Shown: positions 12,545 through 25,853 of the stretch, piece by piece
How positions within the stretch are numbered: position 1 is the stretch's first letter
How the letters are laid out: the number at the start of each line of letters is the position of its first letter
DNA from: Eledone cirrhosa
Taxonomy: Eukaryota
Direction of reading: 5' to 3'
NCBI GenBank assembly: GCA_964016885.1
Contig: OZ024743.1
Coordinates: forward strand, 170,748,001 to 170,812,000
DNA: 64,000 nucleotides
Made by a program: the position numbers and the translations under genes
Notes under the pieces: model-generated
Database searches by the model: none
What the model saw: only the letters and a program-made list of their open reading frames with translations
What the model was told of the DNA's origin: nothing

Positions 12545-13365
12545 CATAATGTCAGAGATCTCGATTCTGTCTCATTGCCTTTGAGAGGTGTAGTTGTGCA
12601 AGTTTAGCTTTTATCACCTCATCCCAAATCTTCCTAGACCATAGCTTCCATCAGCTTTAAGCCCCCTGCACCCTTTTATACAGCTGTCATGCCAATGCAT
12701 TCTCCTGTCCTGCACAATGCATCTGATTCCTATTATGCCCAGTTTCTCTCTCAGTTCATTTATGCTTTACACATCCATCGAAGCATGGCAGCTTCATTTC
12801 TTTCCAATCTACATAGGTCCTATACACAGTGCCCAGGTCTTACTGCCATGCCATATTGCTGCTGTTCATATACATGCATCATACAATCTGCCTTTCATTT
12901 TGAGGAAAAAAACTTTTGTGGTTCTCACTCTGGCTAAAGTACTTTCAAAACACTGACCTCCACTGTTAATTTGGTTGCCTAGGTAACGGAAACTATCAAC
13001 TACTTCTACAGAGCCCTCTGCACATTTAAAGAAGTTAGTATTCTGTTGGCTGTTGCTTCTTACTGCTCCTGTGCAAAGACCACATATAAAACTTGCATTC
13101 TTTCCTTGCCTACCTGAAACTTCACTACATCGCTTGTTTGCATTTAAAGCATAGGATGAAATTTCTACCTACTCCTTTCTTGCACACTGAGCAAGTCCAT
13201 TTCCCTGAGTGAATCTGGGCCCTGTTATCCTTTGTACATACTAGGACTTTGGTCTTTACCAAGTCGACTTGCATTCTAGGCCTTGATTCCAGGTTTGGAA
13301 TTTCTTTTCTAGATCTGCCATAGATTCAGCTATATGGGTTAGATCATCTGCATAAAGAAGCTCCA
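12545..13365 (-). mobile_element. Degenerate RTE LINE fragment
   Basis: The reverse complement reads LLYADDL, a GKW-like/PHD remnant and VVDSFRYLG. Confidence 0.75.
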
Positions 13366-13395
13366 ATACTAGTGATCAGAAACGTTTCAAGGAAA

Positions 13396-14304
13396 TCTGT
13401 ATCTATATAAAATTAAGCATGTGTGTGTGTGTGTCTGTGTATTACCTATAAGGGCCTACATCTTACGACCGATTTTCATGAAACTTTACAGGCTCATAGA
13501 TTAGTCATCGGGGAGTGTTTTCTATATATCAGAGTATCGTCTTTTTATTCTGGGGTCATTCTGCAGATAAAAATCAATAGGAGGGTCACCTTTTTTTAGG
13601 TATTGAAAAATAAGATTTTTGGCTCTAGCTCCCACATTTTGCCACCGATTTCGTTCAAATTTTAAAGCAAAATAAAATTTATCATTGCACATCCTGTAAT
13701 GGCTTTATATTTTGCATTTGTTGTTCAGGGACGGCGTGGCAGCCGCTTAAATATTAAAAAATACCACTTTTTCGGCTCTAGCTCCTACATTAATGAACCT
13801 ACTTTGTTCAAATTTTACACTACGCTAGATCTGATTATTTCACATCTTAAAGTGGCTTTACATTTTGGATCTTTTGTTCAGGAACGGTGTGGCAGCCACT
13901 TAAATATTCGAAAATACCACCTTTTCGCTCAAATTTCCACCTTTTCGCCTCTAACTCCCACATTTTCAACCGATTTCGTTCAAATTCGAAACTTCGGCTC
14001 CACCTCACACATAAATCAATTTATTTGGTTCAACTTTTATACTACGATAGAACCTATCATTGCACATCTTATAGTAGCTTTATACTTTGCATTTTTTGTT
14101 CAGGGACAGCATGGCAGCCAGTTAACTCTTCAAAATACGATTTTTTCTACCTCCCACATATTCCATACGATTTCACTCAACATTTCGCCATTTGCTACAC
14201 CTTACGACCGATTTTCAAGAAACTCGCAGTCGCTAAGATCAACACCTTTTCATCAAAGCAGATATTATTTTACCTACCCAGGCAACGCTGGGTACTGCTA
14301 CTAG
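13396..14304 (+). mobile_element. Non-autonomous Helitron
   Basis: 5' A|TC(tatataaaa) followed by (TG)n and a ccgattttcatgaaactt core; three internal degenerate repeats; 3' hairpin cccaggcaacgctggg followed by CTAG|T. Confidence 0.8.
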
Positions 14305-14309
14305 TTAAT

Positions 14310-15400
14310 AAAAAAGCTGAATTTGTCACTTGTACAAATCACTTCTGTTACGTTTTTTGGATGTGTGGAAAATTTGTTTGTATTTTTTCTTCATCAGCCA
14401 TCACTGGGATGTTCTAACTTCAGTCACTGGTCAAAGTATCAAGTACATAATAGAAAGTTGGTGGAATGTGAGGGGGAAGCTTTAAGTGTTGTAAAGAAAC
14501 ATTTCTCAGAAATCTTAAGTGTCTTAGAAAAGTTAACTGGTGAAGAAGAAAATACAGCTACAAGGGCAGATGTTGGGGTTCTACTTGGTGCATTGCAATA
14601 ATTTTCCTTTTGTGCTTTGTTGGACTGTGGAGATCTGTCCTTCTAGAAATTAATGACATACAGACTTGCCTCCAAACCAAAGGGTTGATCATACAACAAT
14701 GTGATATAAAATTCAGGGCATTAGAAACATTTCTAGCTGAAAACAGGGACAAGCCAGTGAGTAATGGAGTTAACTATGTGAAAGAAATTTTCATGGGGTA
14801 TCAGTGGCGACCCCAAAAAAATTAAAACAAATGTTTGGTGAAGGATTATGAGATGTTGAATTGAAGAGAGAAATGTTTTCTTTGCTAAAAGAGTAATCCA
14901 AGATTTCAACAGCTTCATGAACTTGCTGAGAAACATGTCTTCCTTACCCTGTTGAATCATTTGGATGATAAATATAAGTGTCAAATAGATCATGATCATG
15001 ACAAATTTGATAAAAAGTAGTTCCTAGTTAAGAGAAAAAGACTTCAGTATTTTATTGCTGTTGCTGCTATTAAGGAGCGTAAAACATGGAAAGAAAGTCC
15101 CCTTAAACTTTTGCTGTTTATTCAAAAGTATAACCTTAGCAACTTGATTCCAAATATAGTAATAGTGCTGTGGATTTTTCTCACAATTGCTGTTAGTGTT
15201 GTTACATGTGAGAGGAGTTTTTCAAAACTAAAACTAATCAAGAGTTATTTAAGATCTATTATGAGCGCCTTGCGGCTGAGGAATCTTACCATACTGTCTA
15301 TAGAACGACAATTGACAGATGAAATAGTTCTTGACAATGACATTGAAGAATTTGCCAACAAAAAAAGCAAGAAAAGTTACTTTGTAGTAAGTTATAGGTT
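14310..15400 (+). pseudogene. hAT transposase relic (C-terminal dimerisation domain)
   Basis: FLTIAVSVVTCERSFSKLKLIKSYLRS...LTILSIE in ORF 15111..15491. Confidence 0.85.
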
Positions 15401-16273
15401 TCATTTCAAAAATAAAGATGGTCATTTTTGCTTTATGTTACTTATAAAATTGGAGTTTGTTTGGTGTGTATTTAAAACATACTATATTTGAGTAGTAATA
15501 TTATAATTGTACACAGACTAGTTTCATCATAATTCTTATCAATATCTGTTACTTTTCTTTGCTATCATCGATAGGTTGAACTGGTCTACAATAGTACTAT
15601 CTTCATACATCACTTCATACAATACTGAAAGACCCATGTCTGATGAGTCTCCATAAACAATTGACGAAAGAAAATGTGCCGATTATCAGACCAAATTAAG
15701 AAAACAATGCTTCTATTGGTCTTTCCATTGCTGATACTATCTGTTAGCCAAAACATACGGCAGAAGAAAGGAGCCAATCATCAGATCAGACCAAAGAAAT
15801 GTTTCCATTAGTTTTTTTTGTTGAGGATACTATTTGCAGAATGTAACTCCTAGCAGAATGAGCAACGTGAAATGAAGTATTTTGCTCAAAAACATTGCTT
15901 AGTCAGGGAATCAAACCTTATGATCATGAGTTCAACACCCTTATCGTTATTAAAAATAAATTATCAAAATACAAAATACAATCGCAAACAAGTGTACAAC
16001 AAGGATAAACAAATCTATAAAGGCGAAGAATCACCATCGTTTAACCTTTTTATTACCATATTACTAATGAAATGAACTACTTATGTTTCAATTAATTTAG
16101 AAAATCATCAACAGTTTGGAGGAATTTAATAAAATAATTAACTTTTTCATTAAGCTAATGTCTGGAACATTACTTTACAAAAATTTATTTTAAAAAAATT
16201 TGGTAGAAAGTTATATGGGAAGTTTTAATCCATAAAATCAGGGTAGTATGGTATCAAAAAGGATAATACTTAC

Positions 16274-16347
16274 TTCATCTGCTTCTCTTGTTCTATTTCT
16301 GCACTAATTCTGTCCAATTCAAATTCACTGACAATATCCATCGCCAT
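16274..16347 (-). CDS. CCDC169: CCDC169-like, coding exon 1
   Basis: Kozak-like atcATGG; encodes MAMDIVSEFELDRISAEIEQEKQM(K); donor GTAAGT; phase 2 matches exon 2. Confidence 0.8.
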
Positions 16348-16351
16348 GATT

Positions 16352-16377
16352 GTTGTTATAGCTAGTTGCCAGGTGAC
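16352..16377. promoter_or_regulatory. RFX X-box GTTGCCAGGTGAC (16365-16377) plus a weaker adjacent site
   Basis: Near-consensus GTNRCC-N-RGYAAC (one mismatch), 18-30 nt upstream of the ATG. Confidence 0.5.
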
Positions 16378-17659
16378 AGTTAAAAATTAAGATTGTTGTG
16401 TGTGAAATAGCAGTGCGATTAGGTGGTGGGTATGACGGAATGATGGAATGTCTGACCTGTATTCATTTAAATCAGGTAGTCTACTGTAACAGACTAACTG
16501 AACAGAAGAATAAACAATTCAATGAGATATCATTTTGCTTCTATTGTTTGTTTGCGTGTATATGTGTGTGGGAGTGAACGCATGTTTGTGTGCGTGTGAA
16601 TATATTATATATGTGTGTGTATTAATATCTTTGTATATATACTTATTTAGTTATGTAATATATATATATACTTATTTAGTTATGTAATAAACATCATAAG
16701 GCAATTATTTCATTTACCAGTGGTTTCTTAAAAGCAAAAAAATTTTGCTTTCGATCATCAGAATGAAAAAATCCTGGCGTATTTTGGATTTCATATATAC
16801 TTATTTATATAAATGTACTGATTTTCCGAAGGCTGTGACCACCAGGACACTGACCTATGACCTCAGAGACATAACGTTTGCCTGTGGAAGGATCACGGCG
16901 CCAAAGTGTTTTCACATGTAGACGCACGTCCTTTACCATAGTGTTGTGTCCCTAAACGAAGTTTATTTCCTTTAATAGTTACAATGTAATTTGTCTGCAG
17001 TATGTTTACAATGAGATATGATTAGCACCAAATCATCGTTATAAAGGATAGCAACAATTTGCCTATTTTCTCATCACGTAAACATTTCGGCTAATGCTAG
17101 ATTTTGCCGTCACAAACACCTTCTGCTTTGACTAAGCCTTGCACTTTTTAAAGGGATTTATCCCAACGATATAGAAGTGGCCGCCCCACACACAGATTGA
17201 ACAATTTTAACATTGAACATAATCAAGTGTATCTTTTGTGAAGTGAAGTAAAGTTATTTATCAATTTATTAAACTAATATTTTCACACTTGTGTTTACTT
17301 TTTCTCTGAATTTACCACAACAAATAGATTTCACTGCATATATATACACACACACACACACACTCACACATGTACATTTAACAGCTGATTGCAGCTGCAT
17401 TACTGCAATTCGCCAGATTCATTGAGTGAGCTAGATGCTGGCCGGAAGACGCAGAATTTATACCAGCAATCTTCGTTACTTTTATTATATTATACTTCCA
17501 GCTGCGCTGATTTGAAACTCCTGTCTAATGTTAGACATTTCAATATTTCTTGTTTATGTTTCCTAAAATTAAATTTTGAGTATTGAATGTCTACTTTGTA
17601 TCACAAATCAGATTTTATTAGCTTGTATATGTGTATATATGCATGAACCTCGTTATGAA

Positions 17660-17760
17660 TCACGCCGAGGTTAACTTTGCCTTTCATCCTTACGGGGTCG
17701 ATAAAATAAAGTACCAGTAATGTACTGAAATAATTGCTGGCCTTGTGCCAATAGTAGAAA
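17660..17760 (+). mobile_element. Nin/Deu-domain SINE fragment (second copy 58290-58392)
   Basis: cgccgaggttaactttgcctttcatccttacggggtcgataaaataaagtaccag...aattgctggccttgtgcc. Confidence 0.7.
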
Positions 17761-17784
17761 CAGTTATGTATGTATGCACCTATA

Positions 17785-19050
17785 CTAGAAGCCGGTTGAG
17801 TGCTTCGTTTTGGCGCGAATTCTTTTGTTTGAATTCAACCATCAAACCATGTGTTTTATTTAGTCTGCGAGAGAATCTTCCTCTTTTCATTAAAGGCGGA
17901 GTGAACGAATGCCGTGAACTGCTAGATAGCTTATCTAGTAGTGATAGTAACTCACACTGCACGGACATATCGTATGCTTTGGGCAATCTGCCGAAGACGT
18001 GTAATAGCACGATTACGTAAATATCCGCTGATTTTGCGTGATTTTCTTAACATAGCGGATGTAATATATGCATTTGTAAAGTTATATTACACAGAAACGA
18101 CATTGTCCAGAAAATGAGATATATATATATATATTTTTTTAAATTAAAGATGATGGTTTTTATAAGTGTCTTGATCAATGAAAATGTCTAATGTGTAACG
18201 GAATATATGTGTCGTTGTAACGACAAGTGGATGGATGGATGTAACTGTTGGTATGGTGGTTTCGGTGTAAATAAAAATACCTGTTACAAAGTTTATTTTA
18301 TTACAGCAATGTTCAATTTGAATATTAAATGATAAAATAATTGACACAAAATATTCATACAATAATTTGGTGGCTCTTCGAGCCACGTAAATTCAAATAT
18401 CACAGAATACGATTATAATATGTGTAAACAGAAATGAATGGTGCGTGTACAAATGTTGGACTCACTATGAATTGCGTGTGTGCGGCGTATCAGTATATTT
18501 ACTTATTTGTATTGCAGGAGTCAGCGATCAGCCAGGAAGGTGAGAATAAGTGGTAGACTGGTTTTTCGTGACGAGAGCTTGTAAATGAGACTCGTCTTGT
18601 CTATATCCACTGCTTTTCTGTTTTAGGCGTAAATAATCCCTCTATTTATAAAAGTTGAAGTTAGAAGGATAGATATATCCTCTGAACTTTGGTTAGTCTC
18701 CCAAGGGATTAGTTTGCCAAGCGTAAACAAGTCAGAAAGATGGATATATCCTCTGACCTATTTTCTGTCAGGCGTAAACACCTCTGACCTGTGTTTAGCC
18801 TCTCCCAAGGGTTAGTCTTTTGAGCGTAAACAAGTTACCACGGCTTGTCCCAGAGGCGGGAAAGCTCAGATTCGGTTTCGAATCTTCGCCGCCGTTATAA
18901 ATATCCTCTAGATTGGTTTTGTATCTCTACCTAAACACAACAAACGTATCTACTGTTAACTAAATATGTGCACTCTGAACAGCTGATTGACAAATTCATT
19001 GACTGAGCTAGACGCTGAATTTATACCAGCGATCTTCTTAATTTTTATAA
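17785..19050 (-). repeat. Dispersed non-autonomous element with CTAG end, interrupted; inverted homolog at 25360-25835
   Basis: 17785-18110 and 18915-19050 are reverse-complement similar to 25510-25835 and 25360-25500. Confidence 0.65.
18480..18900 (-). mobile_element. Solo-LTR-like sequence with internal duplications
   Basis: Minus-strand start tataacggcggcg (decayed TGTAAC), TATA-like ttataaatag, repeated gatatatcctctga/ctcccaaggg/gcgtaaaca blocks. Confidence 0.4.
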
Positions 19051-19054
19051 TATA

Positions 19055-22000
19055 CTAGACCACCTCTGACCCGTTGGCTCATGTTCACTTAAAAATAATT
19101 TTTAAATAATTAAAATATACACAAAATGTATATAATGTAAAATGACATTGGAAAGCCAATATATATATACGTGTATGTGTGTGTGTGTATGTACGTGTAT
19201 ATATATATGTGTGTTTGTGTGTGTGGGTGTCTGTCGCCTATATACACTGGTCACAGACACACACTCACACACACACACACACACACACACATACATCTTG
19301 TCCTAACACAAGTTATAAGATACATATAACTTAATATTCAGTCACCAAATTCAAGCTAGATACAGTAATGCTGTATTTGATTCTTTGAAGTCACCTGTCA
19401 TAATTTCATTCAACAACACCACCAGCTCTCTCCCTCTCTCTCTCACAACCACTATCTGCGTTGGTATTCACATTTCAATGGTACTTTACTTTCAAAGTAT
19501 TTTCCCATTATGCGCTGATTTGGCTATTTATAAAGGTATCCGAAAAAACCCCGCGTATCTCGGGAACCCGTGGTCCGATTTACGCGAAACTTGTCTTTTC
19601 ACTGTATTATTCACAAGTATTTTCACAAAGAAAATATCAAATCATTTTTCACTAATAGCTATCCAATCACTCCACTTCAAAATTCTTTTTCTATATCCCT
19701 ATGGATGCTTGACTGTTTGTTCTGAAAGATTTTTCTGCTTAAAAAGTTGCAATGTTAATGAAAAGCTGGTTTTATTTACAAAAATTTGAAAGAAATTATT
19801 TTTACTTGTTTTAGTTTTTCCTTTTCCTTTCATTTTCTGACGTCGGAATCAACATTTTCTCATATTTACGCTGTTACAGTTTGTTCAAAAGAATGCTTTT
19901 GATGACAACATTCTTAGTTGACTGGGTATCCTTCAGAAACACTCTGACATTTTCTTTCCGTTTTCCGCGGCTAAGGGCTACATACAGTTGACCGTGTTGG
20001 AATACAGGTCGTTCCAGATAAACCAAGACGTTTTCCATAGTTTGTCCTTGTGCTTTATGAATAGTCATAGCGAAGCACGATTGAACTGGGAATTGGCTTC
20101 ACTGCAAAGGGATATCCTCACCTTCGGATAGATTAATTCTTATTCTAGGTATCATAACGATCTCATTTCTGAAAGCAGCAGTGTTGATTCTTGCTACTAT
20201 GAGATTGTCGTGTAGTTCTTCCATGATTATGCGCGTTCTATTACAAAGCCTTGGAGGATTCAAGTTTCTCATAAGAATTATTGGCGATCCTTTTTTCAAT
20301 TTCAGGTTATGTGGTGGCAGTCCTGATAGTTCAACCGAATCAAGGAATTCAGTCGGGAAATGAGTGGCATTGGCACCATCACTCACAGAATTATAGGATC
20401 GGTACTCTTTTATGGTTCCAGGGAAGCGTCTGATACAGGTGGAATTGATGCTTCTCATCATTTCATTGAAAGGTACTAAGATGCAATTGTTCGGAAACAC
20501 TTCATCTGGATTGTCGAATGAGGAGTAGATGAAATCAATACATTCTTCCTCAGATGTTGCTTGGAGAACCATTTCTTTTGGCAAAATAATTTCCTCATTT
20601 TCAGTTTTTTTTATCTTATCTTCTCCAATATCCAATAGGAACTGTGAATAGTCTCCTGCTCCCCCGCCCAATCACATGTTTGTCTTCAACTGAAATCTTT
20701 TGAAGCTTCGCCATAAGTAGGATTTTTTAATGCAGGCGTTTTCCACGTCCGCTTCATTTCCCCTTTTCACTACCGGAAGAAGCTGGCGGAAATCGCCACA
20801 GCAAATTGTCAAAATTCCACCGAATGCTTCATTGTTGTCGCATATGTCACGCAGAGTGAGGTCAACAGCTTCGAAGCTTTCCCTCCGAATCATAGGATAC
20901 TCATCCCAAACAATCAGCCTTGTATGCTGGAAGAGGTTTGCCGTCTTTGAGTTTTTATCAATGTTGCACAGACCATTTTCTTTCACTACTATCGGTATTT
21001 TGAACTTAGAATGCTCTGTTCTTCCACCAGGCATCAGTGTTGCGGCAATGCCAGATGACGCAACAGCAATAGCCACGTCGCCGTTTCCCCTGACTTTTGA
21101 AAGAATTAAGTTAATCAGGAATGTCTTTCCTGTTCCACCTGGAACGTCAATGAAAATCAATGCAGATGTGTTCGTCTCTAAACTGTTCCAAACGAAGTCG
21201 TAAACGTGTTTTTGTTCACTATTCTATAGAGGCTCTGTCTCTTCTACAAATCGTCGCTGCTCTTCTCTGCTGTATTGCAATTCATGCAATAACTCCAAAT
21301 TGCCAATATCCTGATTAGCAAAAATGTTATTTGGCCTTGGCAAGTTAAAGTCACTAAGACTTTTGCCAGGTCGTTTGTCTTCGAAATACAGAAGACATTG
21401 ATCACAATGTCTCTCGCTAATCAAAAGGTTAGAGTTTCTGGTAGCCCTTTTTTCTATTTGAAGGTAATCCTCAGACATCGAATGCTTAAATCGAGCCCAT
21501 AAAGCACTGGAATTGTCAATTTTCGTATTTGTGAGGAGCACGATGAATAGATCTCTCATGGCTTTGGGAAGCCTTATTCGTTCAGCATCTTCCAGAGTCT
21601 GCTGCCAATGATCATCCGATTGAAGCAAACCTTTCTCTCTGCAGACGTCTTTGAATAATGGCAGGAGTTCTCCATCACACATTTTCAAAGAGTTGAAGAA
21701 TACTGGCCCTTTGACGTGATGCAGAAAGAGTCTTAAATAATACAGGTCACCACTGCGTGGAGAAACAGTGAATCATCGTCCCAAAACGTTCGCCTCAAAA
21801 ATCCCTGGATGCTGCTCAACTGTTTTCCCCACCTTTCTCCTTTCCCATCTCTTATTACTCTAAGTGTAAAACTTTGGCACATCGGCATAATACAATGTTT
21901 TTGCAAGCGGATCGCGATCGCAAAGATCCATGAACTCAGTCAGAGTCGTCTTAGCCATGTTATTGTTTACTTTAACAGCAGCATTGACCCGAAAGAAGAT

Positions 22001-24840
22001 TTGATTTTCCTCAGGTAGATGAACTTGAAGGCGAACTACGACCGGTTCTCCCACATGAATTGAAAATCCAAGTATCAAGGCTTCTGAAGGACCGATATAT
22101 CTTCCTGTTAAATACTGTATTATCTCATCTTCCCTGTTTACCCCAAACATTGACTGATCACTGCCCTATATTTGATAACGTATTTGATCGATTTCACGGA
22201 AGAGCACATCTCTACGTTTAGGTGGCAGTTGAACAGTTTTAATAGTTTCATATTGTAGGGAACCATCCATTCCGAAGTTATATTTCGGCTTCCCCTTCCT
22301 TCTTGGTGCCCCTCAAATCCTCCCATTCCTGGAGACCGTCTTCTGTACACAGGATAAGAGTCCTCTCCACACAATGTATATTCATTGAAAGCCTTAGGGT
22401 ACCGCTTACTGCACGTTCCATCTTTCCAACACGGCGAATTGTTAGAGTAATTCGAACCGTGGATCATGTGCTTCAGCACCAATTCCTGACCCTCTTGATC
22501 TTTGTTTGGATCTGATATTTCGGCTTGAACAAATTTATCGTATTCGTGCGGTTTGGGCTTGGAGGCTTCATTGAGCCCTAGCAAACAGTGCACATGAGGA
22601 AGACCTCACTTTTGATATTCGACTGCAATGCACTTGCCAAATAGGCCATCTACTCCAGTAAGATACTTTCTTAACAGTTTCCGCTTCAGATCAAATACTC
22701 TGGCAATTAAATATGGCCTGTCATGTGGCTTCTGATTCAGGAATAGGTTTTGCCGGATTTCAGGCCAGTTTGGATTGCATGTCATTGTGATGAAGAACGA
22801 AGGATTGCCGTACTTCCGTATGTACATCATGGCATCGCTCCATCATATATCTCGGTCCACCGACAAATGTGGAAGAGAGTATGATTTGCCTGCCAATATT
22901 GCGAAAATCATCATCATCATTCAATGCGTCAGTAAGGCCCTTGTATGTTGTAGATTACAATGATGTTTGATTCATTCGGATGTATTGCAGTCTATCTCCT
23001 TCAATCTTCGCAGCCATGTCAACCAAATATTGCTGAAATAAACGACCGCCCCTGAGAAGTTGGTTGAATTCATTCTCATGGTTCATTATTCGATAGGCAT
23101 AGTAACGCATTGGCGTCAACTTCTTGTTGTGGCTCATTAACAGCTCATGATGCCATCCGTCATCGCCAAAAGGAAAAAATAGAACATACTGCAAACTGTC
23201 ATAGGACCGATGGGACTCTGAGATTATTTGCAATTGTCCGCCTTTTTCTTTCAACACAGTGTGCCGTGCTTTTGCTTGAAGTTCGGTGCTGTTTTGTATA
23301 ATAACGGCAACTTCGTTTGCAGTTTGTGCATTGAATCTTCACTCATGTTCCATTGCTGGTCTCCTATCAGGATCAATAATAATCGAAGCTTCGGGAATAT
23401 TTTTAATTTGTTCTTTTGCCATTCGAAATGAAGCAACGTAAGGGTTATATTGTCTGAGTATTATTTCCAATAATTCAACTATGTCGCGCTGAACCCCATC
23501 GTTATGAAGTAACCTGATCCTCAAATCAACACTATCCTGAGGATCCAAGAAGTAAATTTGAAGAAATTGGGGTTGTTAGTTGGGATTAGGGGTTAAGAAA
23601 TCGATGTAATGGTTAATTTGACCATGAATAACGAGGAACGAACTTCTTCGGCCCCAAAATATGTCATTTGGAACAGGCAGTTGTATTGTCTGAGGTTCTG
23701 CGTGAACTCGTTTGCCCTAGGTTGATCAGTACTAAATAAACTGTGAAGTTCCTGGGGTAAAGGCTGCAGATTCCCCAACCTGACTTTTCCATTCATACAG
23801 CAAAAGTTAGCAGTTTCACCATGAAAAAGCATTGCATGACAACAGACACAGATCTTATTCATCTGTCCAACATCAACAGAGAGGTCACGTCGTTGAACTG
23901 TCCTTGCTCTATCCCTAATGGTTTGTTGGCAAAGACGTTCAGTTCTCTGAGCGTCCGATTCATGATATCTCCTGCTTTTGTCTTTTTCCCTCTGTTCCGC
24001 CAGACGCGCAGCTCTCCGACCATCCGATTCACGATCTCTCCTGCTTCTGTCTCTTTCCCTCTGTTCCGCCAGACGCGCAGCCCTTGCTTTATTAGTCTCA
24101 TCGATCCTTCTATTCGCATGCCTGTCCGGATCTTGTTGGCGTTGACCACTATCTTGCTCACCTTCTTCGGCTCTCCTTAGCCGTGCTTTCTTTCCACTAT
24201 CGATAGACAAACCAGATGTTTTCTTTCTTCCTCGTCGAGGCATTATTTAAGAATCGAAAATCGTATTCACTTTAGAAATAAATTCATATTACCTCAACAA
24301 ATATTTTTTTTTTTAAATCATCATTTAAAAATATTTCTAAATAATGAAAATATTGTCTGTTTAAACAACTCGTATTTTTCAAATCATATTCACTTAAAAA
24401 ATACTTATTAATAATTAAAATATTCTGTTTATAGAAAGCTGAAATATATATACTCGGTGTACAAATAATTTGTATTTTTTAAGTCATTTTCACTTAAGAA
24501 TATTTTTTAAATATGCCAAGAAATATTTTTTCCATCGTATTCACTTGAAAATGATTTTTAAAAAATGAAGATATTGTCGATGTAAATAAAGCTATTCGTG
24601 AAATCAAATTCACTTTAAAATATTTCTAAATAATTGAAATATTCTTTTTAGCAAAAGCAAAAATATAAACACCTACTGTTTAACACCAACTGGTATTTTT
24701 TAGTGATATTCACTTAATGCTTTTCTGACAATTAAAATATCGTCTGTTTAAAGAAAGCTCAAATATAGATACACGGAAAAAAATGAAACGAAATTTCATT
24801 TCCCACTCTTAGTACGGCTGTTACTTAAATATAAGTATGT
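19055..24840 (-). mobile_element. Autonomous-type Helitron, decayed (5' end approximate)
   Basis: 3' CTAG|T at 19058-19055; attcacttaaaa(a)ata repeats near both ends; contains the RepHel pseudogene. Confidence 0.8.
19874..24243 (-). pseudogene. Helitron RepHel (charged repeats, zinc finger, HUH-Y2 Rep, Pif1 helicase)
   Basis: CVCCHA...CCMNGKV; FFITMTCNPNWPEI; GLPHVH (~22590); IKYVIKY; GGTGKTF, VWDE, GDFRQLLPV, TIHKAQG, HGQLYVALSR; several frameshifts and stops. Confidence 0.95.
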
Positions 24841-24915
24841 ACACGTACATACATATATGTATACAGACGCACAGTAGTATGTATATATATATACATACAT
24901 GCACACATATATATA

Positions 24916-25340
24916 TGTACGTATGGATTCACCGAACATTTATTATAATGCTGGTGTGTTTGTAAACAAACATCCCGTATTAAGCCGTAGTGTCCAGCAA
25001 CCATCGTTGCTCGTTTGTTCAACACTGACAAAGGAACGCTGTACTAGTTTCATTTATTCCGTTTATTGTTTTCGGTGCACCCGGCCGATTAACCCACTCG
25101 ATATGCAAATTGGGCTGCTCGGCCGTTAATATGCATAAGGTAAGTATATACGTTCAACAATCTGGCAGGAAGGTATACGTTGCTGATGATAGCTAATAAG
25201 CTTGAAACTAGTACAGCGTTCCTTTGTCAGTGTTGAACAAACGATCAACGATGGTTGCTGGACACTACGGCTTAATACGGGATGTTTGTTTACAAACACA
25301 CCGAGCATTATAATAAATGTTCGGTGAATCCATACGTACA
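24916..25340. mobile_element. Fold-back MITE with ~137-bp TIRs in a TA-rich site
   Basis: 24916-25052 is nearly the exact reverse complement of 25203-25340; 150-bp spacer. Confidence 0.85.
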
Positions 25341-25853
25341 AATATATATAAAACAAAAGTAACGAAGACCGCTGATATAAATACAGCGTCTAGCTCACTC
25401 AATGAATCTGGCGAATTGCAGCTGTAATCAACTGTTCAGAGTGCACGCATTTAGTTTACTGTAGATGGCTGGCTGTGTTTAGTTAGAGATTGGTGTAAAT
25501 ACCTCTCTCCTGGGCGATCGTTTCTGTGAAATATAACTTTACAAATGCAGATTTTACTTCTGCAATGTTCAGAAAATCACGTAAAATCAGTGGTTATTTA
25601 TGTACTAGGGCAATCACACTCTTCAGCAGGAATTGCCCAACATTATATGATCAGTTCTGTGCGGTGTGAGCTAGCCTTCACTACTGAATAAACTATCTAA
25701 CAGTTCACGGCAGTCCTCCACTCCGCCTCTAATGAAAAGAGAAAGAATATCTCGCAGACCATAACACGTGATTTTGGTAGTTGAATTCAAAGAAAGGAAT
25801 TCACGTCAAAACGAAGAACTCAACCAGCTTCATAGCATATATGTATATATACT

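Noticed and set aside
13699-14417. 201-aa and 176-aa ORFs
   Set aside because: They lie within the internal repeats of a non-autonomous Helitron and show no protein motifs.
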